A stretch of DNA of 64,000 nt from Moniliella sp. 'wahieum' (GCA_003971905.1 RSEE01000001.1:1-64000); one strand, 5' to 3'; shown: positions 1 to 12,925, numbered from the stretch's first letter. Numbers and translations are program-made. Notes: a model not told the origin generated them from the sequence alone.

Positions 1-1323
1 GTCATGGCTCTGATGCAGCTGAACCATGCTGTCGCCAGAGCGGAGGGGCATGGGCCGCGGCTGCTGGCGCCCTCGTGGGCACCCAGCGCTGAGCGCGTTG
101 ACCCGCTCAAGGCCAGCTTGGGCGGAGGCTGCTGGGTCCGTTGGTGGCCGAGGTGGGGTTCGGCACGCCGAAAGCCATGACGTTGGACGAGATTGGAGAG
201 ATGAAACGCATGTTCCTTGCGGCGGCAGTCATGTGCCAGGCAGCGGGATTCGATGGAATACAGTTGCACGCCGCACATGGTTACCAGTTGGCCCGCCTTC
301 CTTTCCCCCCTGACCAACAAACGTACCGACCAGTACGGCGGCTCGGCCCAGAACGGGCTCGCCTGACTGTCGAACTGGCTCGCGAGACACGGCATTGCTG
401 GGCCGTCGTTTGTGGGTGCAGTCAAGGTACGTTACGCGTCCCTCTCATACCTCTTGCGGAGACCCCATTAACCCCCTCCCCCTCGGCACCACCTCGAGTA
501 GCTCAATAGTGCGGACTACGTGGCGGGAGGCTTGACAGAACAAGATGCGCTTCAGACGGTTGCCTGGCTTGCGGAACTAAATGCGGTGGACTGATCGAGG
601 TTAGTGGAGGCACGTATGAGAGTCCTGTTTTTCTCACCATGGCCAAGGGGGCTACGAGCGCTTCTCCCATCCTCAATCAAGCCCAGAGAGGCCATTTCTT
701 TCGTTTGCGCACGAAAGTCATGAGGTGGTAGCGCAAGCGGCAAGGCGTCGGCGCTAACGCCGCCCATGCTGTGCATCCGGGGGGCTCAAGACGCGAGCCG
801 GGATGGCAAGTGCAGTGGAAGAGGCGCATGCCGACTTTGTGGGCATTGCCCGAACGCCACCATCTACCCTTCCTTGCCGGGTTCTGTTGGGGTTGGGCGG
901 GGAAGCACAAGCAAGCGTTCGCCCCTGGTCCGTTCCGATGCAGACCGTCTCTCCCGCCTCACCCCGGCGCTCTTGACGGGAGGCTGGGCGACGCAGTTTG
1001 CCGCGGCTCAAATGCGCGGGTGGCGTTGTGTATCGGGCCAGGCAAGGGCCAAGCGGCGAACGAGTGCGCGCCGATGTCTTCCTACCCCGGACCAAGGCGT
1101 CCCCCGTCTGGACGCAGTTGAGGCGCTGATCATCAACCTCATCCCGCCCTCGTGGGCGTGGCATCTGTTCTTCCACAACTGGTTGGCCACTGGGCGGATG
1201 ACGCGTGTGCTCTTTGTCCTGTTGGTGCACTCGTTTCGCAGTTGGCCTTGGCTGTCTGCGGTGAAGTGGATAATTTGGAATGCTCATATCCAGCTAATAT
1301 CACTACGGCTTGCTTCTGCCTGA
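1..1323 (+). CDS. NADH:flavin oxidoreductase / Old Yellow Enzyme family protein (5'-partial, frameshifted, one intron 427-501)
   Basis: Motifs MTLDEI, AGFDGIQLHAAHGYQL, (F)LSPLTNKRTDQYGGS, VK|LNSADY joined across a GTACGT..TAG intron, and IEVSGGTYESP. The 3' end is approximate. Confidence 0.85.
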
Positions 1324-2071
1324 TAATAGAGCCCAGCCACAATGCGCTTAGTACTTACTTATACTTAGTGCTGATGGCTTTTCGCCGGCACTTAGTGGTC
1401 CCCCTGCTGGTGGGCACAGTGGGGTTATTGCTAGTGGTGCTCTCGTGGGATATGGCCGAGCCGGGTAGGACGTGTGCTGTCCCCAAGGTACCCGGTAACC
1501 CAAGCATGGCAGGCACCTCGCGCCATGCCTACCAGACAGACAGACGGCAAGGCGCTCGATGAGCCGATTCGGATCGTCCCTCCTGGCCTCCGGCCGCAGG
1601 CAAGAGGCCTCACCGGCTCACCCCCCCGACTCACCTCGTGCTCCGCTCCAAGAGACAACCCGACCCACCAGCACAGGGGCGGTGCCGCGCCTGCGTGGCG
1701 CGCCCACAGCGGTGTGGTGCTTACGCGGCGCCGGGGCAGTGTGGTGCGCCACGCGGTGCGATGAGTGGCCGGATGCGGCGCGGGCCGGCGGCGGATCCAT
1801 CACAACATGAAACGCATCACGCATGGGCACTTTGAACATTCCACTTGGAGCGCACTGCGTTCTGGGCCCTCCGCTCGCCCGGCCGACCAGACAGCCAACC
1901 AGCCCGCCCAGCCGGCAGAACCACAGCCAGAACACCCGCCGTCGTTGTTCCTGGGTGTTCACGTTCACATTGGAGCCCATCTTGCCACTCCAGTGCGCTT
2001 CCCACCGCCATCCCACCTCCACCTCCACCTCCACCACCCTCTCTTCCCCCCCCCCCTCCCTCCCGCTCCCC

Positions 2072-3925
2072 ATGGCGTCGCGCAACCCCGCTGCTGGCGC
2101 TGCGGCCGACCGCGAGGCGCCGCGGCCCGTCATCCTCGTCACGGGCGCCAACAGTGGTGTAGGTCTTGGGATCTGTGAGCGGCTGCTTGTGCAGTTCTCG
2201 GATCCCACTCCGCCCGACACGCTGGGCTGTGTGCCGGCACGTGCGCCGGCCGGTGCCGAGCCGGTGCCGACGCCGTTTGCTGCGAGCAACGGGATCGTGC
2301 TGGTGCTGGGGTGCCGGAACCCGTCAAGGCGCACAAGGCGCGTACCCAGCTGCTCAACCTCCTTGCGCACCTTGCCACTTTACCTGACGATGCGCCTACT
2401 CCGACGCACGTCCCGCGCCACTGGCTCGCCCACCCGCCGCCGTTTATCAATGCGCCGCTCGCGCCGCCTGCGCCTGTGTCCGAGGCCGAGGAGGATGCCG
2501 ATGCCGACGCCGGCGTCGGGGCCAACACTACCCCCGGATCGCTAGCTTGGGCAGTGTGCCGACCGCGTCGCCTTCGGTGCAAGATGCGTCGGATGCGCAT
2601 TCGTTTGCCGTTGCAGTGGCGGCGAGCATGCGGCGTCGGCGGGAGCGCACGGCGGCGGTGCTATCGGCCGCGTCGGCGGAACGCTCGGCGGCCGTGCAGG
2701 CGGCAGAACGGAGGGCGTCAGCGTCGGCGCGCCAGGCTGCGTTGGTAGGTACGAACGATGCGCGTACGCGCGGAGCGTTTCGTCGTCGGTTTGCCACGCG
2801 CACCGTGGTGGAGATTGCGTCGATTGATTTGGGCAGCATGGCGAGCACGCTGCGCTGTGCCGAGGCGGTGAGTGATCGGTGGGGGTACGTGACGCACGTG
2901 GTGTTGAATGCTGGTCTGGCCGCGTGGCAGGGCATTGATTGGCTAGCGATGACGTGGGAGTTTGCCAAGGGCTTCCGCGAGGCCGTGACGCGGCCGCGGT
3001 ACAAAAAGCAGCGCGCTGGCGACATTGGCAAGGATGGGCTGGGGTACGTGTGGCAATGCAATGTGGGTGCGCACTACATGTTGGCGCGGGCGCTGTTGCC
3101 CGCGTTCCGCAAAAGCCCCTTTGCCGAGCCGGGACGCATCATCTGGACCGGCTCAATCGAGGCACAGGAAGAATTTTACCACCCAGACGACTACCAGTGC
3201 CGCGACCCGGCCCGCTCGCCGCACACGTACGAGTCGACCAAGTTCCAGTGCGAGATCGCGGCGTGGGGATGGAGGAACGGTTGCGGCTCGAGGAGGAGTA
3301 CAGCCTGTCGCGCAGCGCCAGCGGGCGCACGACCCCCGTCGGCGCCAAACCTGGTCATGCCAGTACCGCGTCGCCGACGCCCGTTGTGCGCAACACCAAG
3401 TCCCCGCGCGTGCTACTGAGCCACCCGGGATTGTGAAGAGCGAGATGTTTACGGCGTACCTGGGTGCGCTCCTCTCCTTCTTTCAGCTGATGGCCATGTA
3501 CCTTGCCCGCTGGCTCATGTCGCCGTACCATGTCGTCACGGGCTACAAGGCCGGCATTGCCGCTGTGTTTCGTGTGCGGCACCCAGCGCGCGCATCGCCG
3601 AGCTTGCGCCCCATGGCGAGCACCGTTTCTCCCCGGAATGTGACGTTTGGGGCAACGAGTATGTGCAGCGTGGGTTGTGGACCGGTGGGCGTTGCCGCCT
3701 GCCCAACACCCTGCCCATCTCCCCGACCTGAGCGAGGACAAGACGGAGGAGGACAAAGGCGCCGGCGCAGCTACGATGCAGCTGGCTCGGGACTTGATCA
3801 ATAAGCTGGAAGCGGTGGCAGGAGATACGTGGACCAAGGCCGGGGCCGGACAGCTGCCTCCGTTTGTGGAAGACGAAGCAGAATGGAGTGACGAGGCGAC
3901 CGCGCCGCTCCCGGCCCCCCAGTAA
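2072..3925 (+). CDS. ERG27: 3-keto-steroid reductase (short-chain dehydrogenase, ergosterol pathway)
   Basis: VILVTGANSGVGLGICERLL (Rossmann fold), VVLNAG, GYVWQCNVGAHY, RIIWTGS and the YESTK catalytic YxxxK. Spread over several frames. Confidence 0.85.
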
Positions 3926-4259
3926 AGAAAGAAACGACCCCTCCGCCCCTACTATATCCACCACCTCACTTGCCTTTCTGGGTTCCTTGGCGCTACCTAT
4001 TAGCTCTGTGGACCACCTGAGCTCTTTACCCTCTCTCCTTGCTTTATCTTTCTTTGGACTCTCGACCCATTTCAACATGTGTCCCGCTGAATTGCACCTA
4101 CTTCCTCCCCCCCCTCCTCCCCTACTCTCTAAGTACAGGCTAGGCCAGTCGGGCGTGCCGGCCATTGAAATATAGGATAGGATAGAGAGATGAGCAAATA
4201 GCATGGCTTGTTGGGTCAAAAACGCCCCGGAAGAACTTGGGGTTTCTTTTTTTCGGTTG

Positions 4260-5871
4260 TCACTCGTACTGGGCAATAAAATCACGGTGGAATTTGCTGA
4301 AGCGCTGGACAAATGTATCGGACTCTTTGGCGAGGAAAGGTGGTGCGGAAGAACATACGGCCAGACGCAGTGGGGTCCTTGCCAAAGCCCGAGCCGGGGA
4401 TGACGCAGATGCCCGTAGCATCCAGCAGGGCAAAGCAGTAAAATTCATCGGCCTTGCGCCCGGCCTGCTCGGCAGCGAGCAACGCTTTGGGCGGCAAGTC
4501 GACCTCGGGGAAGAGGTACATGCTGCCCTGAGCCTCGCCGCACAGCATGCGCGGCAGCGCATCGAACGCTTCTTGCATTTTACGCGAGCGGGATTGGAGT
4601 GTGTGAAGAATGGTGTCGCGTTCTTGGGCCCAGAGCGCATACGAAGGTTCCCCCTCCTGTGGCGGCTTGACCATAATGTCCACGCCAATCTGGCCCTGTA
4701 CCGGCGGGCAAAGGGAGATGGAAGCCATCTTGTAAATCTCCGCTTGGACCGCACGGTCAAAGTTGGTCAGTTCAAAGTACCCTCCGCGCCGGCCGCATTC
4801 GCCAGCAAAGCCCTTGGAAATGGAGTGGAAGGAAGCGAGTTCGACTTGGTGCGCGATCGCCCGTTCGGCCGGGTCGGACGAGGCGGCAAAGTCAAGCAAA
4901 ACTTTTTTGAACGAGACAAAGGGCCGGGAGGCGGTGTAGATGTTGGGCTGGTACACTTCGTCCGCAAACACAACCAGGCGTTTTTGGTGGGCCAAACGGA
5001 GGACATCGGCAATGTTGTCGTAGGACATGACGATGCCCGTTGGGTTGCCCGGGTTGATCACCACCACCGCGCGTACATCCGTGCCATTAGCCTGGGCCTG
5101 GTCAATTTCCTTGGCCAGAAGCGGCACGTCCAGCTCCCACTCCTTGTCCGGGTTGAGCTGGTACCGCACCGGCTCGGCCGACAGCACACGCAGCGTCGCA
5201 CTGTACAATGGGTACTGCGGGATGGGGATCGCGACGCCCACCGAAGGCGAGGAGACCAGGACCTGCAGAATCAACTGAATCCCCGCCGACGCACCGGCAG
5301 TAAGGAAAATGTGGTCGGGCGAGGTAGCGTGGCCATCGCGTTCTGTAGTCAAGGGGGAAGAGGGGGGGGGGGGGCGTTGCACGGTCAGTGGTTGTCGGGG
5401 CAAAGGAAGGAAGAGAAAAGAGAGCAACGTACGGGAAATGTACTCGGCCACGTGTTGGCGGATGGTGTGGGCGCCCATGGACTGGGAGTAAGCGCCAACG
5501 GAGCCAACGTCGGCAAGGATGTCCTTGGCGCGTTGAATGGCGTCGGCGGGGAAGACGGCCGCGACAGCCGGTTGGTCCATGAGCGAAGGCAGCTCCGTCA
5601 GTGCGGCGACTTGGCGCCAAAAGTGAGTGGGGGCTGGGCAAGCGCAGGCTGTTGCTGTGGATTGCCAATGTTGCAGTACACGACCGAGTCAAACGGAAGG
5701 CCATCGTTGTCGGTCGCGCCGGCGAGGTGGGCTTTGCGCAGGCGGTCAGCATAGTGCGTCGCCCGCACAGCCAGCGCGCGCGCGTACTCGGCCTCGCGCA
5801 CGGCGGGGTTGATGGACTCGAGGAGAGAGCACAGGCTGGTACTTGGTGAGGGTGGCCGTGGTGGTAGCCAT
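4260..5871 (-). CDS. ALT1: Alanine aminotransferase (PLP-dependent, class I); intron 5343-5432
   Basis: VVYCNIGNPQQ, GAYSQSMG, FLTAGAS, PIPQYPLYSATL, VVINPGNPTG, DEVYQ, PLP-lysine motif FHSISKGFAGECGRRGGYFE, and ATGICVIPGSGFG. Confidence 0.93.
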
Positions 5872-7524
5872 GGTGCGGACCGAGGAGAGCGAAACGAAAG
5901 GCTGGTGGGGGAGAAGGAGCAAAGAAGCAGCGACGCCGTCGCGGGTCAGCAAGCAGCTACACAAATGACAGCCGGCACACTGGCCGCCTGCGGGCCCTGC
6001 GTCCAGCGCCTCACACTGCCCCCATGCCCGCCCGGCCGCGATATAAGACACCCTCTCCTTTGCCCGCCGGCGCCGGCGGGCAAGCGGGCGAGCGGAGATA
6101 GAGTCAGACGACCAAGATCAGCGTGACTGGGTCACCGACGCGTGAGGTCAGCCCCCGCTCCCGGCCACAGGCCCGCGTCACAGGCCAGCATAAGCACGAC
6201 TGCCAGATCCGCTCGCCGTTTTACGCGTCGGCGCTGGGAGGGTGGAAGATGGGCGGCGGGAGGCACAGAAGCGCGCGGAGGGGGGGGGGGATGCAGTGAG
6301 GAAGCGCAAGGCACGGAGCACGTTGGGACCGCCGAGGCCAGGGGCCGGTGGGGGAGCGCGGGAGGCAGAAGCTTGGGAAACCTTCCCAGTGCCCCCCGAT
6401 CATGCAGATCATGCGCAGGGGATGGGCCGCACGAGCAAGAGACGTACCTGGACCGCGAGGCGGCGTGAGGAGACGGTGGGAAAGCGTAGAGCAGAGCAGG
6501 CATGGCGAGAGCGGGCGAGAACGCAAACAAGGGCGGAAGCACACTGATAAAGCTCAAGAGCTCACGAGACTCAAGAGACGGGCCGAGGCAGATTGCAAGC
6601 GGAAGAGGACGACGTGCACGGCGACCACGACGTGGTATCGCGGGCAGCAGCAGGGGGTGGGGACGGGTGTGTGTGCGGGGAGGAACAGGCAGCTGCCAGC
6701 ACCACTCACTAAGCAAGGTCGTGGTGGGGATCGTGGTGTGTGCCGCCCGTCGGTGGCTTCAACTGCTTCCCCAACTGGACGGGGCTGTCGCGTGGCGGGA
6801 GGATCGGATGAGGGACTGGTCAGCTGCCCACCGCAGCGCCTTTTTGCGCTTTGGTGATGCTTCTGTTCACTGCACGGCTCAGGCTGAGCTCAGCCTGAGC
6901 GCCCAGGTAGGGATGGCTGGACAGACTCTTTTTCTTACTCCGGCCGTGCTGTTCTGTTCTGCCCACCCACTCGCCGAATAAATCCGCGTCGAATTCCCAC
7001 GCAACACGCTGCCCGCCGGCGAAAAAAAGCCAGGGTGGCGGTTTGATTCGCCGTGCTTTGCACCGATGATCGATGGGGGGCGGATGTGACATGTGATGAG
7101 GTGGAGCGGGGCGATTGAAAGTTGCCATGCGAGGGCGATGTGATATCGATATCGATGCGACGAACTGCCAGGCAAGCGCAGGTGCGAGTCACTTGCTGGT
7201 GAGCGCCAGGCACATGGCTGCGCCCGTCTCTGCTAGGTACGAGCTACTGCCGCCCGACGATCGTCGCATCGCCAACGATCCACCACTCCCGCACGGCGCC
7301 CGTGTCCCCCCCCCCCCGCACCGGCAATGGGGTACGCTGGTACCCGGTCCACATGAAACCAGCTCTTCTCGTCACCCGCACTGGCATCAGCCAGCCCACA
7401 CTTGAACCCAACACCCAGTACCCCGTACTCCGTCGCACACTCAACTCAGGCCTCAACCGGCGCCGCGCACCTCCTGCCCCCCTCCCCTCCCCCCTCCCCC
7501 CGCGGGCTTGCCTCCCCCACCGCC

Positions 7525-8767
7525 ATGCCCCTCCCTGCCACGTCCGACGGCTTGCGCGCCGCGCAGCTCCCAGCCCCCTCCACCCCACCAGCATGGCCCA
7601 GCCGCCCCGCCGCCGCGCCCGCGTCCCCGCGCCTCCCTCGGCCCGCGCCGGGCGCACTGGCAAACCTGTGGCGCGAGATCAGCACCCTGCGCTGGATGGT
7701 CAACCCACGTCGTCGCTCAAGCTGCTTTCGCTCCTTCTGTCCGCTTGGGCCGTCATGCAAGTCGCAGCGCTGGTCTTGGGCTTCCCCAATCCACTCTCGC
7801 ATCTCCTCTTCATCTCCTACCCCCTCCCGCTCGACACGGTGTTGGCCAACGAGCCTGCTCTGGCCGCCCAAGTGGCCAGTGGCCAGCTGCTGCCATCTTC
7901 CCCTGAGCTGGTGCGGTATGGCAAGGGGGTGCTGGACCTTGTCTTTATTGGCTTCTACATTGTCGTGTTTAGCTTTCTGCGGCAAGGTCTGATGCTGTGG
8001 GGTGTTCAAGCCGTTTGCTGCGCGCTATGTGCAAGGAAACGTAAAGAAACAAGAGCGGATTATGGAGAGCAGTGCTATGCGATTACCTATTGGGGTGCGT
8101 TTGGTCTGATTGGGCTCTATGTCATGTCGTTCCAAGAGTCGTGGTGGTACGACTTTAAGCATTTCTGGCTGCGCTATCCCCACTGGCTCATGCGCCCCGA
8201 ACTCAAGGTATACTACCTTCTCCAAGGCTCCTACTGGTTGCAGCAGGCGTTGGTCATGCTCCTGCGTCTCGAGGCACCGCGGAAAGACTACTACGAGCTA
8301 GTGGCCCACCACTTGGTTACCCTCTGGCTCATCGGCTGGAGCTATGGGATCAACCTCACCATGATTGGCACCACCGTCTTGTTGCCATGGACATTCCCGA
8401 CACGTTTTTGGGTACCAGCAAGCTGATGAATTACCTCGATGTCAGCCACTGGGTCCAGGGACCCTTCTTCCTCTTCTTTATGGGCATTTGGTCCTACTTC
8501 CGCATCTACCTCTGCTCTAACTCTGTACTCGGTATACACCGACTTTTGGCTCATCCCAAAGCACGCCATGGTGTTACAGCCCAGGACGGGTGCTTGGCTG
8601 GCACCTTGGATGCGGTGGCAAATCTTTGGGCCCCTCTCCTCCTTTTGCTCCTCAACATTTCTGGTACGTGCTCATCTGGCGCATCCTCATCCGCACCACG
8701 GGGGGTGTACGAGGACGAGCGAGAGGCAGAGGAAGAAGCGCCCGAGGTGGAAGCCAAGTCTTCCTGA
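7525..8767 (+). CDS. LAG1: Ceramide synthase (Lag1/Lac1, TLC domain)
   Basis: YGKGVLDLVFIGFYIVVFSFLRQ, EQCYAITYW, FWLRYPH, LKVYYLLQ, and the Lag1 motif RKDYYELVAHHLVTLWLIGWSY...MDIPDTFL..SKLMNY. The start codon (7525 or 7593) is uncertain, and LAG1 versus LAC1 is not resolved. Confidence 0.88.
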
Positions 8768-9550
8768 GCCCTCACGCACGACTCGCAACGCTCATGCTTC
8801 CCAGTACGGCGGCAGCATGCTTGTACGCGCCCCCCTCCCCGCTTTCCTCAGCCACGCCCCCATGTCATTCTTGTCGCAGTAATATAATTGCCCTCCGCTA
8901 TGCTTGTATCTGCCGTCGATCCACCGGCCCTTTCTCGGACCGGACTGGCTTGACAACCGCAATGCTGGGACATGTAGCCGTTGTCCGTTCAGTTGCCGCC
9001 GTTGGCCGCCCCGCCCGCTCTGCACCCTACCATCGGGCGGAGGCGACGCACAGTTTAGTTGAACGGGTCAAACTTCAAGGCCAACGCCATCTCGGCTCTC
9101 AATTCCATCGGGCTGGCGCGTGCTGTAGCCACACTGGCTGGTTAGACCCTCGTCCCTGCGGCTTGCAGAGCAAGATGGAAGCGATCAGCACAGAGGGGGT
9201 TCGTTGCTCTGTGTTCCTATATATTCCGCAAAGAGGAAGGAGAAGGGCGAGTAGGACAGGGCGCCTATAGCAAGAGCGTACGAGTATACCAAGCAAGACG
9301 CGCAGCTACTCTACTTGGGTAGGCCGGGATGTGTGGGGGCAGAGATAGGGGAAGGCGAGCAAGACCATGTGCCAAGACTGATTGTGCACCCTCCTCGTCT
9401 CGCCCTCTTGATCCCACCCACTGGCAACACCGGCTCCCTTTTGCACTTTGGTCGTCGGGGGGCCTCGCGTGGGCGGTTGGGACCCTATGACTCGGTGTGA
9501 CATATGTGTCGTGAGACTGTCCTCGTTGCGGCTGTAATGCATGTCAAGCG

Positions 9551-9582
9551 TGAAGCTTGAAGCTTGAAGCTTGAAGCTTGAA
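9551..9582. repeat. (TGAAGCT)4 heptamer array; the same unit recurs at ~27000-27018 and 58896-58914
   Basis: tgaagcttgaagcttgaagcttgaagcttgaa. Confidence 0.9.
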
Positions 9583-10514
9583 AGGGTGAGTACTTACTTA
9601 GTCGATGAGATCTGAGAACGATATGCGATACCCCCGTTAAACGACGTTACACACGTCAAACGTTAATGCCCCCGGAAAGATACGGGGGAGGCGCTCAAAG
9701 TCCACTGGCGCCTCGCGGCGGCGGGGCGGTGACTAATGTGAAGCTTGAACTAGCTGTACTGGTACTGAACTGACCATCAACACTGACCAACAGTAACTTA
9801 TTGGGGCTCACGTGCATGTCACAGCCAACACTTTGCGTTGTGACTCGGATGTCCTTAACTTTTAACGGAAGGGTGTTCCTGACAACTCCGACTATGTACC
9901 TCGCCGTACATACCCAAGTGCACGGCAGGCACGGCTGGTCTGGACTCCGATATCTCTGAGTATATCTGAGATCTGACTAGGACTGGCCTCTGTCTGGACC
10001 CCTCGGCAAAACACCCAGCCAGACACTTTACATGTTACATGGCAGCACGTGGACCGGTGCGCCAGCCGACATCCCTCCTAGTCCCTACTCGTCGCCCGAC
10101 CGACCACCGTCTTTCGGGGGCTGCGCAGCACAGCAGCAGTGTGCATGCTTCCCTTAACCGTGGCTCGGGCGACAGCCTTCCGCCTGGCCAGGCCCCGGCG
10201 CGATGCAGATGACGTCACGCGTTTTCCGACGGAGTGCACACTGGCTTGGTGCCGTCCCACTTGCACACTCACCCCCCGCCACTCATTTAAAAGGGGAAGC
10301 ACTCAGCTCGTGGCCAGGCGCCGGCGGCCGCCAAGTCCGCCACACTGGCCAGGTGCCGAGGGTTGGATGTGTTGGTGCCAGAGAGTTGCGGCGATTGTAC
10401 GCTCCGCAGTGGATGTCGTCCCCTTTAATACCCGCGCCCCTTTTGCGTGCCTCTTATCTTCTCTCCTCCACCCTGCCCCCTCCCCCCCGCCACTCCCAAT
10501 TGCGTTGGCCCAAC

Positions 10515-10997
10515 ATGGTGTGTATTCGCATCCCCCCCTCCTCTGCGTCGTCCGACAGGAAGAGGACGAAGTCGGAAAGAGAATGCTGACCCGCTCTTCG
10601 CTCGGTCTTTGGCAGCCCTCTTCACTCTACCATTACCTTTCCCAAGTCTGCTCCGCCACACCTAAGAAGAAGGAGGTGGAGGGCAAGTGGACGCACTTTT
10701 CGGGGTACGTGCTCCACCCGTCGGACCAGGAGGATGTGGTGCCCGTCTTGCGCAACCATTTGGCCAAGGCCATGCCGGAGAATGCAATGGCCTATGTTGT
10801 TGGCGCCGAGCCCGTTGCTCAACCCAAGACAAGCTCCTTTTCCTGGCGCAAGCCTGCCTGAAACCGAGGATGATGGATCTTACTACGCCATTCGTCCCCC
10901 TCCCTGGACCTTTGCACCACCCAAGAAAGAGGAGCCTCCAACCCTCGAATCTGCGTACAAGGCTCTCCGTGAGCTACGGATCCAGCAAGCGAAATAA
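10515..10997 (+). CDS. Small hypothetical protein (~125 aa) with an ATG-only first exon; intron 10518-10615
   Basis: ATG|GTGTGT...GCTGAC...CAG|CCC gives M-PSSLYHYLSQVCSATPKKKEVEGKWTHFSGYVLHP..., with coding-like codon usage, one frameshift near 10860, and an end at ...LRELRIQQAK*. Confidence 0.55.
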
Positions 10998-11569
10998 GCG
11001 CCTCTTAGCTTGATGTTCTCATTCCTCGTATTCGCCACTTCGTCTTCATCTCTTCATCGTCTATTTTTGTTTGACCTTTTTCTTCGCCTTCTCATCTGTG
11101 TGAAGTGCATCCAGCTGGACCTACTTTGCCTCCTCCATCCAATTGGCTTTCGTCATGATGACTCTTAAATTACTGTTTTTGGTTCTCGCACATCACTTCA
11201 AGGACAAGGCCACACCGGCCGGTCACATCGGCCTTTCGGCCTCAATTCTTCCCCTTTTTTACATCGCCCCACTTCTCGCGGCTCTACTGATACTCGGTCC
11301 TCTTCATTACCATCACGACATATCTGCTTCCGTACCCTTGTTTATGGGATCGACCCTGCATCCATACCCTTGGGCCCCAAAACGTGCACAGCTGTGTGCA
11401 CATGCTTTGTCGCCCCCCCCCCCCCTTTTTCTCTTGTCTCTTTTCTCTTCTCTTTCCCCTTTTCCCGCCTTCATGATTTATCCTCTCTCCTTTTTTATGT
11501 TAGATCAGAACGCCCCATGACCCATTTTGTCTGATTCCAACACCTCTCATCGATCTCATCATCTATCTA

Positions 11570-12925
11570 TCTACAGTGTTCTAAAATAGTAACGAGTAGA
11601 CTGTTGGCATCGAAACGCGGGAACGGACGTCCCAAAAACAATAACCGCACCTTCTGTGGCTATACCACGTCCATTTCATTGACAGAGCTTAAGGCTGGGA
11701 CAGGGGAACGCTACGTCCAAACCTAACCGTTCATCTGCGGGGGTTACTTGGAAGCGCCACCAAGATTAAGGGACCAGGGGGATCGCCAGGATATCAGGAC
11801 CTCCGGCTCACGCCATCCGGTCCCGTACCCTAGGAAGCGCGTGTGGACACGGAGAGAACGTGGTTGACATCCGAGCGAGGAACCATTTCCACTGAGACTT
11901 AGTAGCCAACTCCTTCCAATGCGCTAACAACTGCCCGCCGTCTTGGTGCCGTGCCGTAGTATCCTCGCGTCGTCAAAACCAGGGGGAAAACGGCTCTTGA
12001 GTGCGTCCCTGGTACTTGGCGTTCTTGTCGCATTCTGCTTGTTAAGCATCCGAAGCAGCTCCTTTCCCGGCGTTCCAAGGGGGTTGCGGTGCTCTCATGC
12101 ACCACCCTCCGGAACGCGTCTGCGCCGCCAGTGCGTGTCGCGCAGCGTGTGGTCTACCTCCATTCCTGATCCTCCGAGTGCTCCGGGCCCCATCACGCGG
12201 TAGTCGGTGCGCTGCGTCCTCTGTCTTCTCCCATCCTCGTCCTCCACCATAGGTTCGTTGCGGAACATGGGTGTCGGGGATGGAGCGTAGGAGCTGGAGA
12301 ATGGGCTCCCGCACTGCGTCATGCAAACGCACCAAACTTGGCCTGGGAGCGGGTGCAAGACATGATGTGCTCCAGCGAGGACATGACCCCGCACTTGCAC
12401 ATGCTGCGCGTGGTGGGCACAGCGTGCGGAGCTGGAGACCGACCTGGACCTGCTGGTTCGGAGAGATCTTGAGGTACGGGACGGACGGAATGGCGGAGAG
12501 CCAGTTGTGGCTCAGCGGGTTGCTGTGCTCAACACACATAGCGACCATCGGCAGCGTCCAGCTTCTGGAGCAGCTCCTGTCGACTTTGTCTCGCCGGCAG
12601 CGTGGCGTTGCTTCGTAAATGCGTTGGCCCTGCCGTTGGCGTCCCGAACGGTCAACATAAGTGGTATAAGATAGTCATTGACCTCGTTTGCCGCGGCACG
12701 GGCGGGGGCCGATATACGAGTAAAGCGGGCTGCCACATCCTCCCAGCCGAAGAGGCAGGCTCATGAGCATGTCGAAGTGGTGTCCTTGGCACCTTGGGGA
12801 TCCTCGTCGCCCCGGATCCGTCTGAACTCCGTACAGATGAAGGCATCAATCTCGGCCAGCACGTCGTCTAGCTCTCCTTCCATCTGCATGGTGCGGAGCA
12901 GGTGGTGGCTATATATATCCTCAAT
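11570..12925 (-). mobile_element. 5'-truncated, degenerate CRE/Cnl1/MoTeR-like non-LTR retrotransposon (RT thumb + CCHC + restriction-like endonuclease)
   Basis: Collinear minus-strand motifs across frames: HHLLRTM; LMSLPLRLGGCG (RT thumb); NWLSAIP..LKIS...VGLQLRTL; CKCG..SSLEHIMSC (CCHC); RLHDAVRE; EPMVE...RTDYRV...MEVDHT (RLE PD-D); DKNAKY..RT..F.PLVLTTRG. Element ends are approximate. Confidence 0.8.

Noticed and set aside
6127..6448. Intron-like GTACGT...GCTGAC...CAG segment upstream of ALT1 (possible 5' leader or targeting exon)
   Set aside because: No in-frame connection to the ALT1 ATG could be shown; transcript data are needed.
2072..8767. ERG27 + ceramide synthase + aminotransferase + OYE as a biosynthetic gene cluster
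   Set aside because: These are ordinary primary-metabolism genes from different pathways, with no backbone enzyme (PKS, NRPS or terpene synthase) or cluster transporter.
9055..9370. Possible tiny spliced gene on the minus strand ending ...MELRAEMALALKFDPFN*
   Set aside because: Splice-like signals exist, but no consistent reading frame or homology could be established by eye.
9551..9582. (TGAAGCT)n as heat-shock elements
   Set aside because: HSEs need alternating inverted nGAAn pentamers (GAAnnTTC). These are direct repeats with period 7 and lack the TTC.
11585..11900. Possible hammerhead/HDV ribozyme in the retrotransposon 3' region
   Set aside because: No CUGANGA...GAAA core with supporting stems was found on either strand.
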